Part shown: in pieces, positions 38,277 to 48,238 of the stretch
Position numbering within the stretch: position 1 is the stretch's first letter
Layout: each line of letters begins with the position of its first letter
IMG/VR virus record: IMGVR_UViG_3300033067_000817
Length of the DNA stretch: 64,000 nt
Source: a virus
Direction: 5' to 3' (one strand)
Notes under the pieces: generated by a model
Seen by the model: the letters and a program-made list of their open reading frames with translations, nothing else
Database searches by the model: none
Told to the model about the DNA's origin: nothing
Made by a program: the position numbers and the translations under genes

Positions 38277-38918
38277 ATGGATGATAATCTAAACATATTC
38301 ACTGGTAGAGTAACATTTTGTAAAGAAAAACGTGCTGGCACCAATAGCTTTGGTACAATAAGCTTGCGCATTATGCAAGATATTAAGACCTTCCAGCTAG
38401 GTGCCAAGACGATGTTCATTAGCGATCCTACCATATGGGTTAGTGTCAAGGCTAACTATAATGGAAATGCCCTTCAAGACAAAGAGCAAGTAGTTTTGAA
38501 TGAAGGTACCGCTGGTAAGTACATCATTATTAGTGGAGCAAAGCTTTCTGACTATGAGTCGATAGCCAAGGACAGCGCAGGTTTAGCTATACCTGGAGCT
38601 CCTAAGGAAACTAAGTTTACAATAGAATGTAGCCCTAGCAATTGCTCATTCTCTAATACGCCTTATAAAGCAGAAAATACATCTATTCTGATTGGCTATA
38701 TCACAGATATACTAGGCCCTAATCAGATTAGAATCAAAATTCCGTATAGAGCCAAGACAGAGACTAAGTATCGTAAAGCTGATATTTATGTTGAAGACAG
38801 TTCAACTTTAAGCATGAACAAGCGAGTTCTGATAACAGGCTCTGTCTTTGGCAAGACACCTGACCCATCTAAGAAAGATGCGGTCTATGTCGTTGCAGAA
38901 AGTATAACAACACTATGA
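38277..38918 (+). CDS. hypothetical protein
   Basis: 213-aa ORF in the operon array. Confidence 0.35.
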   Translation: MDDNLNIFTGRVTFCKEKRAGTNSFGTISLRIMQDIKTFQLGAKTMFISDPTIWVSVKANYNGNALQDKEQVVLNEGTAGKYIIISGAKLSDYESIAKDSAGLAIPGAPKETKFTIECSPSNCSFSNTPYKAENTSILIGYITDILGPNQIRIKIPYRAKTETKYRKADIYVEDSSTLSMNKRVLITGSVFGKTPDPSKKDAVYVVAESITTL

Positions 38919-39235
38919 CAAAACCGAATGTAACCCTATTAGGGTGTAGAGTTCTAGTTCAGAAGACTGAACCTGACAGTACTTCAATTGGTGGTATATT
39001 ACTACCTCCTTCTCAAATCAAGAGAAATACCGAAACCGGTATAGCTATTGAGGTTGGCAAAGGCTATACTATGCAAGATGGTAAAATAATACCACTTACA
39101 GTAAAGGCTGGGGACAATCTCATCTATAACCGAATCGGTAGCGTAGAAGTCAAGATAGATGGCAAAGAATATATCATAGTCAATGAGACTGATATTCTAG
39201 CAGTAGTACACGAGAGCAAGAAGTCAAAAGTATAA
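38915..39235 (+). CDS. GroES-like co-chaperonin (Cpn10 fold)
   Basis: LLGCRVLVQKTEPDSTSIGGILLP..KAGDNLIYNR..IIVNETDILAVV is collinear with GroES (PLHDRVIVKR..ETKSAGGIVL..VGDIVIFN..LIMSESDILAIV). Confidence 0.55.
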   Translation: MTKPNVTLLGCRVLVQKTEPDSTSIGGILLPPSQIKRNTETGIAIEVGKGYTMQDGKIIPLTVKAGDNLIYNRIGSVEVKIDGKEYIIVNETDILAVVHESKKSKV

Positions 39236-39255
39236 TAGTATCTAGCACAATGAAA

Positions 39256-39290
39256 AGACTGGGCGAAAGCTCAGTCTTTTTTTTTGGATT
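39256..39290 (+). terminator. intrinsic terminator
   Basis: AGACTGGGC-gaaa-GCTCAGTCT followed by a 9-T run. Confidence 0.65.
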
Positions 39291-39296
39291 CTGAAC

Positions 39297-40757
39297 ATGA
39301 TTGAGCCAACACCAGCATTATTCTATCAGATAATATCTGAGACTTTTAAAGAAAAAGCAGTCTTTGCTACCAAAGCAGTATCTAGGATAGAGTTAGTTGA
39401 TCCTAAAAATAAGCAAGTCCCTACTATGTGTATAGGCAAAGAGGGCATTATTTTTATCAACTCTGGATTCTGGTCCAAGATGATCAGAAACAAGCTAGAC
39501 GCTAAGATTGTATTACTACATGAGATGTTTCACAGCGTATTAGGTGATACATCAAAAGACATAACTGACAAAGTAGAGCACTGGTTTGCTAACATGTCTA
39601 TGGACATGAGAATCAATGCAGCTATTACACAATGCTTCCTAACTCCACAAGAGTTTACAGAACAAAGAATGGAAGCTGCAGTTCTATGTCAAATGTACAA
39701 AGAGAGTGGTATATATGGTCTACTAAGGCCATTCTCTATATTCGGTAAGAATAGCAAGTATCAAGCTATTTATGCTGGGTTATACAACAACAATAAGATG
39801 TTGCAAAACCAACAGCTAACCGAAAAGACCATGGAAATCTTTGACTCTGAAGAGAGTATCAGAGAAGCTTTAAAGCTATTGATTCCAAAAGATAAGCGTC
39901 CTCAGTTCCTTGAGATTGTCTTCTTAGGTACTCATAAGACTGGAGACGAAGAAGCAGACAAAGGCGCCGGTGAGGATAAAGAAGTAATAACTGTTGATAA
40001 AACAGGTGAAGCTGAAGGAGAACAACCTTTAGATATAGGCGAAATAGACGATGGCCTTAAAGAGGCAATCCAAGAAGCACTTGGTGACAAGCTAGAGAAC
40101 GCTAAGGCTGCAGGCTTAAGCGGAGTCTTGACAGAGAATCTAGTTAGAGTCATTAAGGCTGCTCGTCCTATGAGCCTTAAGAACTTAGACCAGTTCTCAT
40201 GCAGCAAAAAAGTTAACGAGATGAAGACTATGTTTAAGAAGCAACATAGTGTATCATCTGTTATACCAGTCAAGCCTACCACAAGAGATCTTGTTCTCTT
40301 ATCAGCTGGCATGCACAGTGGCATCTGGAGAAACAAGAAAGAGAAAGACCATAACTTAAATAGAAACGTTGCAATATATGTAGACGTTTCTGGTTCAGTT
40401 ACTCACTGGATACCTAAGTTACTTGGCCTTATCGCTACTATTAATAATGAGATCAAGACTATCTATGCTTTTAGCACAGAAGTACATGAACACTCAACTG
40501 CAGAAATATCAACAGGCAAGTACAAGACAACCGGTGGTACTGACTTCGGTTGCATCTTTACGCATGCCTTTGAAAACAACATAGATAAAATCATTGTTAT
40601 GACAGATGGCTATGCTGGCATAGGCTGTCACACAGAAGAAGAAATTAAGAAGCGCATTAAAGATGTAGCTGTTGTATACTTTGGTGATGGTATCACTAAA
40701 GACAATTTCTTTGAAAAGACTTACAAGAAAAGCTTTCTGATAGAAGAACTAATGTAA
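39297..40757 (+). CDS. putative HExxH metallopeptidase-like N-domain + vWA domain protein (MoxR partner)
   Basis: HEMFH zinc-binding-like motif near the N-terminus. C-terminal VDVSGSV MIDAS motif. Translationally coupled (TAATG) to the downstream AAA ATPase. Confidence 0.6.
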   Translation: MIEPTPALFYQIISETFKEKAVFATKAVSRIELVDPKNKQVPTMCIGKEGIIFINSGFWSKMIRNKLDAKIVLLHEMFHSVLGDTSKDITDKVEHWFANMSMDMRINAAITQCFLTPQEFTEQRMEAAVLCQMYKESGIYGLLRPFSIFGKNSKYQAIYAGLYNNNKMLQNQQLTEKTMEIFDSEESIREALKLLIPKDKRPQFLEIVFLGTHKTGDEEADKGAGEDKEVITVDKTGEAEGEQPLDIGEIDDGLKEAIQEALGDKLENAKAAGLSGVLTENLVRVIKAARPMSLKNLDQFSCSKKVNEMKTMFKKQHSVSSVIPVKPTTRDLVLLSAGMHSGIWRNKKEKDHNLNRNVAIYVDVSGSVTHWIPKLLGLIATINNEIKTIYAFSTEVHEHSTAEISTGKYKTTGGTDFGCIFTHAFENNIDKIIVMTDGYAGIGCHTEEEIKKRIKDVAVVYFGDGITKDNFFEKTYKKSFLIEELM

Positions 40758-42430
40758 TGGGAACTGTATTTCAAAAACTTGGTGTTTACGGTCTAGCAGA
40801 AGAAAAAGAGAACGCGTTACTTGCAAGTCTCTTTACAGGAGATCCGGCTCTTTTGATTGGCCCTCAAGGCACGTCTAAGACCGGCCTCATTGAGGCTTTA
40901 GGCTCAGCCTTTAGAGAGCGTTCTAAGAGGGAGGCTAATAAGAACCCTGGCAAAGAAACTAAGATCTTCGAATATCATATCTATGACGCAAGTAAGATGC
41001 AATTCGAAGACTTGGTCGGCTTTCCCAATGTTGCCAAGATGCAAGAAGGCAAAATTGAGTACATTAGCACTCCTCAGTCTGCTTGGGGTAAAGAACTAGT
41101 CGGATTCGACGAGTTCAACAGACAAGACCCTTCGAGACAAAACAATATCTTCGAGATGATTAGATCTAGAAGACTGATGGGTCTTCCTACTGGCACCAAG
41201 TGGATCATCAACTGCATGAACCACTTTGGTATGGCTGGTACCGAGCAACTAGACGATGCTCTAGTTGATAGACACCAATGGTTCATCTATATCGATAGAT
41301 TCACTAGCATGAGCAGCTATGACCAAGAACTAATCGTTCAACATGCTGGCGCTAGTGACGGTATCGGTATTAAGCACTGGACCGGAGAAGCGGGCATTTG
41401 GGATACCTTCGATGGTAAGAACCAAGATGGTACCTGGATCGTAAATGACAAGCTCGCTGATTGTGGTGATGAGATCACTGCCATCATGACTAAGGCAGCA
41501 GTAATCTACAAGACGCTGACTAACGAAGTGTCCAAAGGATACACGGTCTTTATCTCCAAGTTCTGGAAGCAACTTTCCAAGGCAATGGATGACAAGGACT
41601 GGAAGATCGAGTTGTCTGGTAGACGTGCTGGCATGACCCTCAGAGCACTTCTAGCTTATCGCTCTGTCGAGCTAGCCAAGTGCGAAGTCTATCCGAGACT
41701 GTGCCCTATGGCTACTAAGGACTTCTTCCGAGTCGTCTTTAAGATGGTCTTGCCCATTGGCGTTGCTAGCTCTACAAGCGCTGGTATGGACTCCAATGCA
41801 CTGAATGCTGTTAATGCTAACATTGACTCATTCAATGAGTTCTTCGAAGAAAAGAACCAAGAAAAGGCGATTTCTTCTATTGAAATCATTCATGAGTTGC
41901 TTACCACAAGCAACATCAATAGAAAGATCTATTTGTTGACTCACAAGGTCAATGATAATATCGCTAAGAGCCAAGTCTGGGATGAAATTATCAGAACCTC
42001 TGGCAATATTGATACCTATGAAGGTCTTAGAAACAGCATTACTGTAAGCGTCATTGCTCACATGATGACTATCAATCCTAAGATCGTTCCTGTCAATATG
42101 CAAGCATTGTTGGTCCAAAATGCCCACAAGACTTTGAGCTTTGACAAGATCTACAATGGAATCATCCTAGGAGGTCAAATGGCCTTCTATGCAGATGAGA
42201 TCACTAAGATCATCGATAGCTATGACGACATACTAGTCAAGCTACAGGCAAAGTGCTTATTTGAACAACAATGTGCTGCACATAAGAGTAGTACAATCAA
42301 TAGAAATACTTTTAAGAGTATTGCTAACAGTGTTATTGCCGAATGCGATAGTCTTGTACACATGTTAAAAGAAAGATCTATAACTGATGAAGCTGCAAAC
42401 AGCGGTGATGCGCTTATCCTCCCCATCTAA
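40757..42430 (+). CDS. MoxR-like AAA+ ATPase
   Basis: LLIGPQGTSKTGLIEAL Walker A and DEFNRQDP Walker B-like. Start overlaps the upstream stop. Confidence 0.65.
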   Translation: MGTVFQKLGVYGLAEEKENALLASLFTGDPALLIGPQGTSKTGLIEALGSAFRERSKREANKNPGKETKIFEYHIYDASKMQFEDLVGFPNVAKMQEGKIEYISTPQSAWGKELVGFDEFNRQDPSRQNNIFEMIRSRRLMGLPTGTKWIINCMNHFGMAGTEQLDDALVDRHQWFIYIDRFTSMSSYDQELIVQHAGASDGIGIKHWTGEAGIWDTFDGKNQDGTWIVNDKLADCGDEITAIMTKAAVIYKTLTNEVSKGYTVFISKFWKQLSKAMDDKDWKIELSGRRAGMTLRALLAYRSVELAKCEVYPRLCPMATKDFFRVVFKMVLPIGVASSTSAGMDSNALNAVNANIDSFNEFFEEKNQEKAISSIEIIHELLTTSNINRKIYLLTHKVNDNIAKSQVWDEIIRTSGNIDTYEGLRNSITVSVIAHMMTINPKIVPVNMQALLVQNAHKTLSFDKIYNGIILGGQMAFYADEITKIIDSYDDILVKLQAKCLFEQQCAAHKSSTINRNTFKSIANSVIAECDSLVHMLKERSITDEAANSGDALILPI

Positions 42431-44426
42431 GGGAGAATTTGGCTATACACACTTGAAAGAAAGTGTGCTTTATGCCAATTTTGACTTTGTATGGCAAGAC
42501 TTGTCGTGGTTCATAGCTAATGGTGAATTCGAAGATCCTTGCATCTGGCTAAATCCCACCGACTCAACGTTATTTAACAATACCCAAATCATTATGAAAA
42601 GCACATTTAAAGATGGCGCTTTTCCTATGGATGATATTGATATTACGTTGGCTCCGATTTCTGCAAATAATAGATTTGCTCTTAAAAAGGTAGTCTATGA
42701 CGATGTAGCAAATCCGTCTAGAAAGTATGTTATCATAACTAAGAACACAAAGACCGAAGATTTCTACAAAGAACTTCGAGACTATTGTGTTATTAAGACT
42801 TATGCTCAATATACTAAAGCTCTAGACTGGCTCATAATGAAAGTGAATGGCAAAAATTCATTTGCAGCTCAAAAAGAAATGATGGCCAAGCTAACTAACA
42901 AGGTTGCTAATGGTACAGCTCAAGTTAATCAACATCTAGTTGATTACTTCAACAGCTTCATGAATAGAGCTTCATCTGTTAAACTTAATGTCATTCTTCC
43001 ATTTGATGACACGGATCTACTTAACTTCTATCATGAAGTTTACTCTACTGATCCAGGATTTGGTGCTAACAAATTAGTGTTCTTTGATGAAAGATCAGTG
43101 CTAGCTTCAAGTAGAAACTCTTCAATTAAAGATCTTAGGGAAAACATGTGCGTCTATCTAGGCAGAACAAAAGCTGCTGATTTAGGTGCAAATTTCTTCC
43201 TAGTGACTCATACTGGAGAGAAAAACTGCTCTATACTAGAATTCGTAATGACTTCAGATTATTCGTCCTTCCACATTAAGTGTGTAGGCGATATAACTGA
43301 GAAAAATGGACGATCACCTAGCTTAACTTCAGACATAGTCAAATCTAACAAGATTTGTCAAGAAGTTCGTAAGTTCCTAAAGATATCCGAAGATAATGAA
43401 ATTCCAGGATGCGTTGAAAACATTGATATCGAACATATCGATGCTGTTATGACATTCTTAGATAATCATTGTTCATCTTCTCCATCATTTGATATTCTTG
43501 ACAAGGCAAGATATAACATAAATGACTGGAGTGGCAAATTCACTAATACAGTCAAGGTTAAGATTTCCAAGCCTGAGTGTATATACTTAAGTGCATTTGA
43601 AGGTAAACTAGAGGATCTTACTAATCAACGAATAACTGAATTCAATAACTGCATTAGCAAGTTTAGCGATCAGTGGATCCAATATAAAGATCCATTTGAG
43701 AAGTCTAGGGTTGCTGATAGAAAAGATCAGTTAGCTAATAGAATCGGTGAAGTTTACACAATCTTAAAGAATCCAATTAAGGCACATATACACCTTATGT
43801 TGGGCAACTCTAAGATAGACCGTCCTTATGTCATATTGACTAGTGACTCTGGTGAGGTCAGACCTGACCCTGCTAGGAAGTTCACTAGCACATTTGATAT
43901 GAGCACCTCGGTTAGTAGAAATGACCCGGTGATATTGCCAGACTTTAGTTGCTTACCTATTTTGATAGCCTTAAGAGGGCTATTGAAAGAGTGGAGTGCA
44001 GTCTTTGAACAAGCTGAGATTAGATTCAGTAAAATGAAAGTAGCCTATGATGATCCAGAGTCTGTCTCTAACAAGAGAACACGCATCCATAGAATGCTTA
44101 ATTTAATGTATAAGAATCTCTGCGAGGAAAATGGACTTCCTTATGTTGAGCTAACTGACTTAACCTCAATGAACGCTAGCGGTAGGTCAAACTTCATAAT
44201 TTGGCACAATAGTGTCAAACATACAGTTGACTTGAATGCTTTACGAGATTTTCAGCTATTGAATACACTGTATTACATAGCTATGAACGAAATGATTGAA
44301 AACGGAACTTTCTTTAATACAAAAGGAAGTAGCAATATCTTGGCTAGACCAGCAGATACTGCGGCATCCGTTTTAAGAGACAATTCATATTTATACTGGA
44401 AGTTAATGAGATCTATATATGCCTGA
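42387..44426 (+). CDS. hypothetical large protein (679 aa)
   Basis: Long ORF with no recognised motif. Could be another RNAP subunit fragment or a structural protein. Confidence 0.45.
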   Translation: MKLQTAVMRLSSPSKGEFGYTHLKESVLYANFDFVWQDLSWFIANGEFEDPCIWLNPTDSTLFNNTQIIMKSTFKDGAFPMDDIDITLAPISANNRFALKKVVYDDVANPSRKYVIITKNTKTEDFYKELRDYCVIKTYAQYTKALDWLIMKVNGKNSFAAQKEMMAKLTNKVANGTAQVNQHLVDYFNSFMNRASSVKLNVILPFDDTDLLNFYHEVYSTDPGFGANKLVFFDERSVLASSRNSSIKDLRENMCVYLGRTKAADLGANFFLVTHTGEKNCSILEFVMTSDYSSFHIKCVGDITEKNGRSPSLTSDIVKSNKICQEVRKFLKISEDNEIPGCVENIDIEHIDAVMTFLDNHCSSSPSFDILDKARYNINDWSGKFTNTVKVKISKPECIYLSAFEGKLEDLTNQRITEFNNCISKFSDQWIQYKDPFEKSRVADRKDQLANRIGEVYTILKNPIKAHIHLMLGNSKIDRPYVILTSDSGEVRPDPARKFTSTFDMSTSVSRNDPVILPDFSCLPILIALRGLLKEWSAVFEQAEIRFSKMKVAYDDPESVSNKRTRIHRMLNLMYKNLCEENGLPYVELTDLTSMNASGRSNFIIWHNSVKHTVDLNALRDFQLLNTLYYIAMNEMIENGTFFNTKGSSNILARPADTAASVLRDNSYLYWKLMRSIYA

Positions 44427-44982
44427 CGATAGTGCTGACTCTGATGAGTTACCAAAAACGCTGAGTGATGTAATAGACACGATTGAGTCAATCGAAAACA
44501 CAAGATTTCCAACAATCAAGACCTTCTTGGAAATAGATCAATATTTTGGTCAATTTACAGAAGCTCTTGCTATTGTAAAGTCTTATGAAAGTGAGAATGA
44601 CTACAATTTGTCAAAGATGAATAGCGACCTTCTAAAGCTATCCGCCATTAGGGTCAGCACTTCTCAGCTTGTAGGCTTCTTGCAGGGCTATGCAAGAAGA
44701 TCTGAAGATGAACGTAAGATAGTCAAGAGTCATTATGCAGCTGCCATTAAGCGAGCTAGAGACAACCTTAGTAAACAAGGTGTCACTATTAAGCTAAATG
44801 ATACAGATGCAGAAGATAACTCAAGAATCTTAGCAAAAGCCCAATATCAGGAAGCAGCAGACGCTGAGACCATTAGTAGAATGGTATCACAATCATGGTA
44901 TGCCATAGGTGACTTTTGCAATATACTGAACGCATCAATTAATAGAGAACACCAGGAACTGACGAAGCTAGGGCTAAAATAG
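44419..44982 (+). CDS. hypothetical protein
   Basis: 187-aa ORF overlapping neighbours by a few nt. Confidence 0.35.
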   Translation: MPDDSADSDELPKTLSDVIDTIESIENTRFPTIKTFLEIDQYFGQFTEALAIVKSYESENDYNLSKMNSDLLKLSAIRVSTSQLVGFLQGYARRSEDERKIVKSHYAAAIKRARDNLSKQGVTIKLNDTDAEDNSRILAKAQYQEAADAETISRMVSQSWYAIGDFCNILNASINREHQELTKLGLK

Positions 44983-45165
44983 GATGTGGTTTGCTAAGTA
45001 TAATAGGAATTCACCCAAACTAGGGCCATTTAAAACCCAAGAAGAAGGGTGGATTAAGCTAGTTGATGCAAAGACTGGCGAAGTAGACGTAGAGTCACAA
45101 GTTTGGTTTGTAGAAGACAATCCTGTACAATCCGGAAATAAAACCGAGATTAAACAGATGTACCC

Positions 45166-45768
45166 ATGTCAAGTGGTACCAAGAGTCAGGAACTACAAGG
45201 TTGTATAGGAGTTAACCAAATGGACAAGTCTCCCAAGAACAAAGACGACGAGAATCTCATAAACAACGAGCTCTTAGAGCAAATTCAGGACGAGACTTTA
45301 GGTCCAAATGGGAGTAGGATACTTCGAAACTACTTCGATAACTTTACTAAGTCTGAACCTAATTGTGCTAGGTCTATTAACAGAGTTATACACATTTATG
45401 GGACAGTACTATTAAACTCAGCTGTACAGCGTCTTGCTGTCGAAGGTCAAGAGATCCCTACTGAGCAAGTTAAGGAATACGCCGATCTTATCGGTGATTC
45501 TCTTAGAATGGTCATGGCTGCTGGCATGATCTATGGTAAGGCTCGTTTAGACCATGAGTTCATGAAGACAATACGCGGCTCTGAGCTAGAAGCCAGAATA
45601 TGCGAAATTCAGAACTTAGCTGAACAGTCAGCACAGGCAATAGATCTAAATGAGATGATGAAGAACAATATCACTCCAAAGGATCTGTTAGCACAGCTCT
45701 TCGATATTGAATTTGAAGAAGAAGATGACGAAGAAGATCCACCTGATAATTTGGAGCTAAATGGATAA
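45166..45768 (+). CDS. hypothetical protein with acidic C-terminus
   Basis: 200 aa. C-terminal EFEEEDDEEDPPDNLELNG. Confidence 0.35.
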   Translation: MSSGTKSQELQGCIGVNQMDKSPKNKDDENLINNELLEQIQDETLGPNGSRILRNYFDNFTKSEPNCARSINRVIHIYGTVLLNSAVQRLAVEGQEIPTEQVKEYADLIGDSLRMVMAAGMIYGKARLDHEFMKTIRGSELEARICEIQNLAEQSAQAIDLNEMMKNNITPKDLLAQLFDIEFEEEDDEEDPPDNLELNG

Positions 45769-46261
45769 CAAGCGAAAAATAGGTGATGACCTAGAAGACC
45801 GGGTTCTCAAGAAATTGGGGCCCGGTTTCACTTTAAATGGTAACTCTGGTGCTACCTTTAGTAATGGCGACATTAGGCACAGAAACCTAGTTGTTGAGTG
45901 TAAAGTAAAGAACAGCACTGAAGGGTTTACCTCTCCGTTAGCTGAACTCAAGAAGCTTTGGGCTTTAGCCAAGAAGGAATGCAAGGATTGGCTCTATATT
46001 GAACAAAACCAAGATAATAAGATAATGGTCTTGGTTGAGTTTGATGCTTTCCTTGAAATGACTGAAGATTGGCGTAAAAAGCAAGTTACTGAGCCTACAT
46101 TTAAGGAATCTGATAATGAGTACCTAAATGGAAGCTATAACTACTGTCAAGAGTGTGATGCTTCAATTAAACCTGGTGAAGGATACTGCAAATCATGCGT
46201 GGAGCACTTTCGAGATACTGGCAAAGGGTCAAACTCCGTAGGTCTAATCTGGCTAGATTAG
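45761..46261 (+). CDS. Hjc-like Holliday-junction resolvase / PD-(D/E)xK nuclease with C-terminal zinc ribbon
   Basis: GDDLEDRVLKKLG and GDIRHRNLVVECKVK match the archaeal Hjc core (G..AERELI..L...G, D..A...IEVK). C-terminal CQECD..CKSC. Confidence 0.5.
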   Translation: MDNKRKIGDDLEDRVLKKLGPGFTLNGNSGATFSNGDIRHRNLVVECKVKNSTEGFTSPLAELKKLWALAKKECKDWLYIEQNQDNKIMVLVEFDAFLEMTEDWRKKQVTEPTFKESDNEYLNGSYNYCQECDASIKPGEGYCKSCVEHFRDTGKGSNSVGLIWLD

Positions 46262-46483
46262 AAGCTGAATTAGAGGCTGCAGATAGAGATTATACCTACT
46301 ATAGGGATCGACTATTTGCTGCCACGATAGCTAATATAAAAGGAGAGCCTTTTGAGATAATCTATAAAGCATGGAAAGATTCAGCTAATAGATTTATAAA
46401 AGCACAAAAAGCTTGTCCAGTAGTTATCTGGCCTCAGCGTTGGTTCTATTATCTCACAGGTCACACATTGTCAATGTTTTGAG

Positions 46484-46520
46484 GGCTTAATGTCCTAAAA
46501 AAGTGGTCCTAAATTCAGAG
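46484..46520 (+). promoter_or_regulatory. bipartite promoter-like motif GGCTTAATGTCC-N15-AAATTCAGA, copy 1
   Basis: Same two boxes with identical 15-nt spacing occur at 59192-59227. Located 14 nt upstream of the DNA ligase start. Confidence 0.5.
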
Positions 46521-46533
46521 AAAGTCAAGGGGT

Positions 46534-47691
46534 ATGTCAAAAAACGTAGATTTTTCAGTTATTGGTAAGGTAGTTTATTCTAATAGCAAGCACGGTAAGA
46601 TAAAAACGTGGTCTTGTGATGTTTTTCAAGATAAAGTTAAAAAAGAAGTAAAGCTAATTATCCAATCAGCTACAGGTCTTGAATCTAAGAAGATTGTTAA
46701 CGAAGAAGTCATTTCTGGCAAAAATATTGGTAGAGCCAATGAAACGACTCCACTAGAACAAGCCCAACTAGAGGCTTTATCGAGATATAAGGAAAAGTTC
46801 GATAAAGGCTATGACCTAGGAATGCCTAAGTCTGATATTCAAAGGAATACACTAGGATTCCCTATGCCTATGCTAGCATACCCACTAGACAAGGTAAAAG
46901 ATGGACTATTATTCCCATGTATTGTACAGCCTAAGTTAGATGGACATAGATGCATGATCGACATGGTTAAGAAGCAAATGTATAGCCGTGGAGGTCAAGT
47001 TATTGATACAATGCAGCATATACTAAAGGCTGCAGAAATAGCTTCTATACCATATGTACATAACGAAGTAGTAATAGATGGTGAACTATATATACATGGC
47101 AATAAGCTACAAGATACAACAGCACTAATTAAGAAGTATAGACCTGGTGAGTCTGAGAAAGTAAAGTATGTAATATATGATATATTCTATACTAAAAATC
47201 CTCACTATGGTGAACGACTACAGCTACTAGAGAAAACATTTAGCAAGATAAGTAACTCTTCTATAGAACTAATACCATCATACATAGCTAATAACATTGA
47301 AGAGGTAATGCAATTAAGAGATGATGCTATATCTGAAGGCTATGAAGGTGTAATGTATAGAAGGCTAGACTGTGCATATGAACCAGGTCATAGAAGCTAT
47401 GGGTTATTGAAGGTTAAGAAGTTCTATGATGCTGAATATAAAGTTATTGATATTGTCCCTAGTAAAGAACGCACAGTTAATAACGAGGAGCGAGTGTATG
47501 GTCTGTTGGTTTGCCGTACTAATGGAAAAGACTTTACCGTAACTGCCCCAGGTACTGCAGAAGAAAAAGCAGAAATCCTAGCAAACAAATCACAGTATAT
47601 AAACAAGCTCGTTACAGTTAAGTATGCTAGTATGTCAAAAGATAAACTACCACAGCATCCTGTAGCTTTAAGATTTAGAGAAGACGTATGA
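46534..47691 (+). CDS. lig: ATP-dependent DNA ligase
   Basis: Motif I KLDGHRCM, motif III DGELYIHG, motif IV EGVMYRR and motif V LLKVKKF in canonical order and spacing. Confidence 0.8.
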   Translation: MSKNVDFSVIGKVVYSNSKHGKIKTWSCDVFQDKVKKEVKLIIQSATGLESKKIVNEEVISGKNIGRANETTPLEQAQLEALSRYKEKFDKGYDLGMPKSDIQRNTLGFPMPMLAYPLDKVKDGLLFPCIVQPKLDGHRCMIDMVKKQMYSRGGQVIDTMQHILKAAEIASIPYVHNEVVIDGELYIHGNKLQDTTALIKKYRPGESEKVKYVIYDIFYTKNPHYGERLQLLEKTFSKISNSSIELIPSYIANNIEEVMQLRDDAISEGYEGVMYRRLDCAYEPGHRSYGLLKVKKFYDAEYKVIDIVPSKERTVNNEERVYGLLVCRTNGKDFTVTAPGTAEEKAEILANKSQYINKLVTVKYASMSKDKLPQHPVALRFREDV

Positions 47692-48044
47692 AGACTACAC
47701 ATCAAGCTGTCTATGACAATGCAGGACAAGTCCTAAAAGTAGGAGACATGGTTGTCTACCAATACGATAGACAGTTTAATAGAAAATATATAGGAAAGAT
47801 AATTCGTATATCAGACCATGTAACTTCAAAGCTACATAGGGTTTTAATAACCATAAGTGTCATACAACAAGGTAGTGAACTTAGAACTCCTGGATTTGAG
47901 TATGATATATACTCTGATGTAGTAACTTTAATCAATCCTAATGCATTGAATGAATTAGTAGAAGCTAATAGGAAGATTGAATACCTTACTAAGGAACTAG
48001 AGAAGCTAGAAGCTAAGCTAGCCACACTAGAAGTCAAGCAATAG
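47688..48044 (+). CDS. hypothetical protein with C-terminal coiled coil
   Basis: C-terminal heptad LTKELEKLEAKLATLEVKQ. Confidence 0.35.
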   Translation: MKTTHQAVYDNAGQVLKVGDMVVYQYDRQFNRKYIGKIIRISDHVTSKLHRVLITISVIQQGSELRTPGFEYDIYSDVVTLINPNALNELVEANRKIEYLTKELEKLEAKLATLEVKQ

Positions 48045-48238
48045 TATGTCAATAGAAAAAATAGATGACGCAGGCGATAAAGATAGCTTCACCGAGTTAA
48101 TAGAACTCGTCACAGTCTTCCTACAGTCTAATGATACACCTATTAAAGATAGATTATTAGTTGAACGTAAAATTAAAGAATACCAAGATAAGAATACACA
48201 GGACTGGCTACTTAATTTGTTGCTAGCAGTACATAAGA

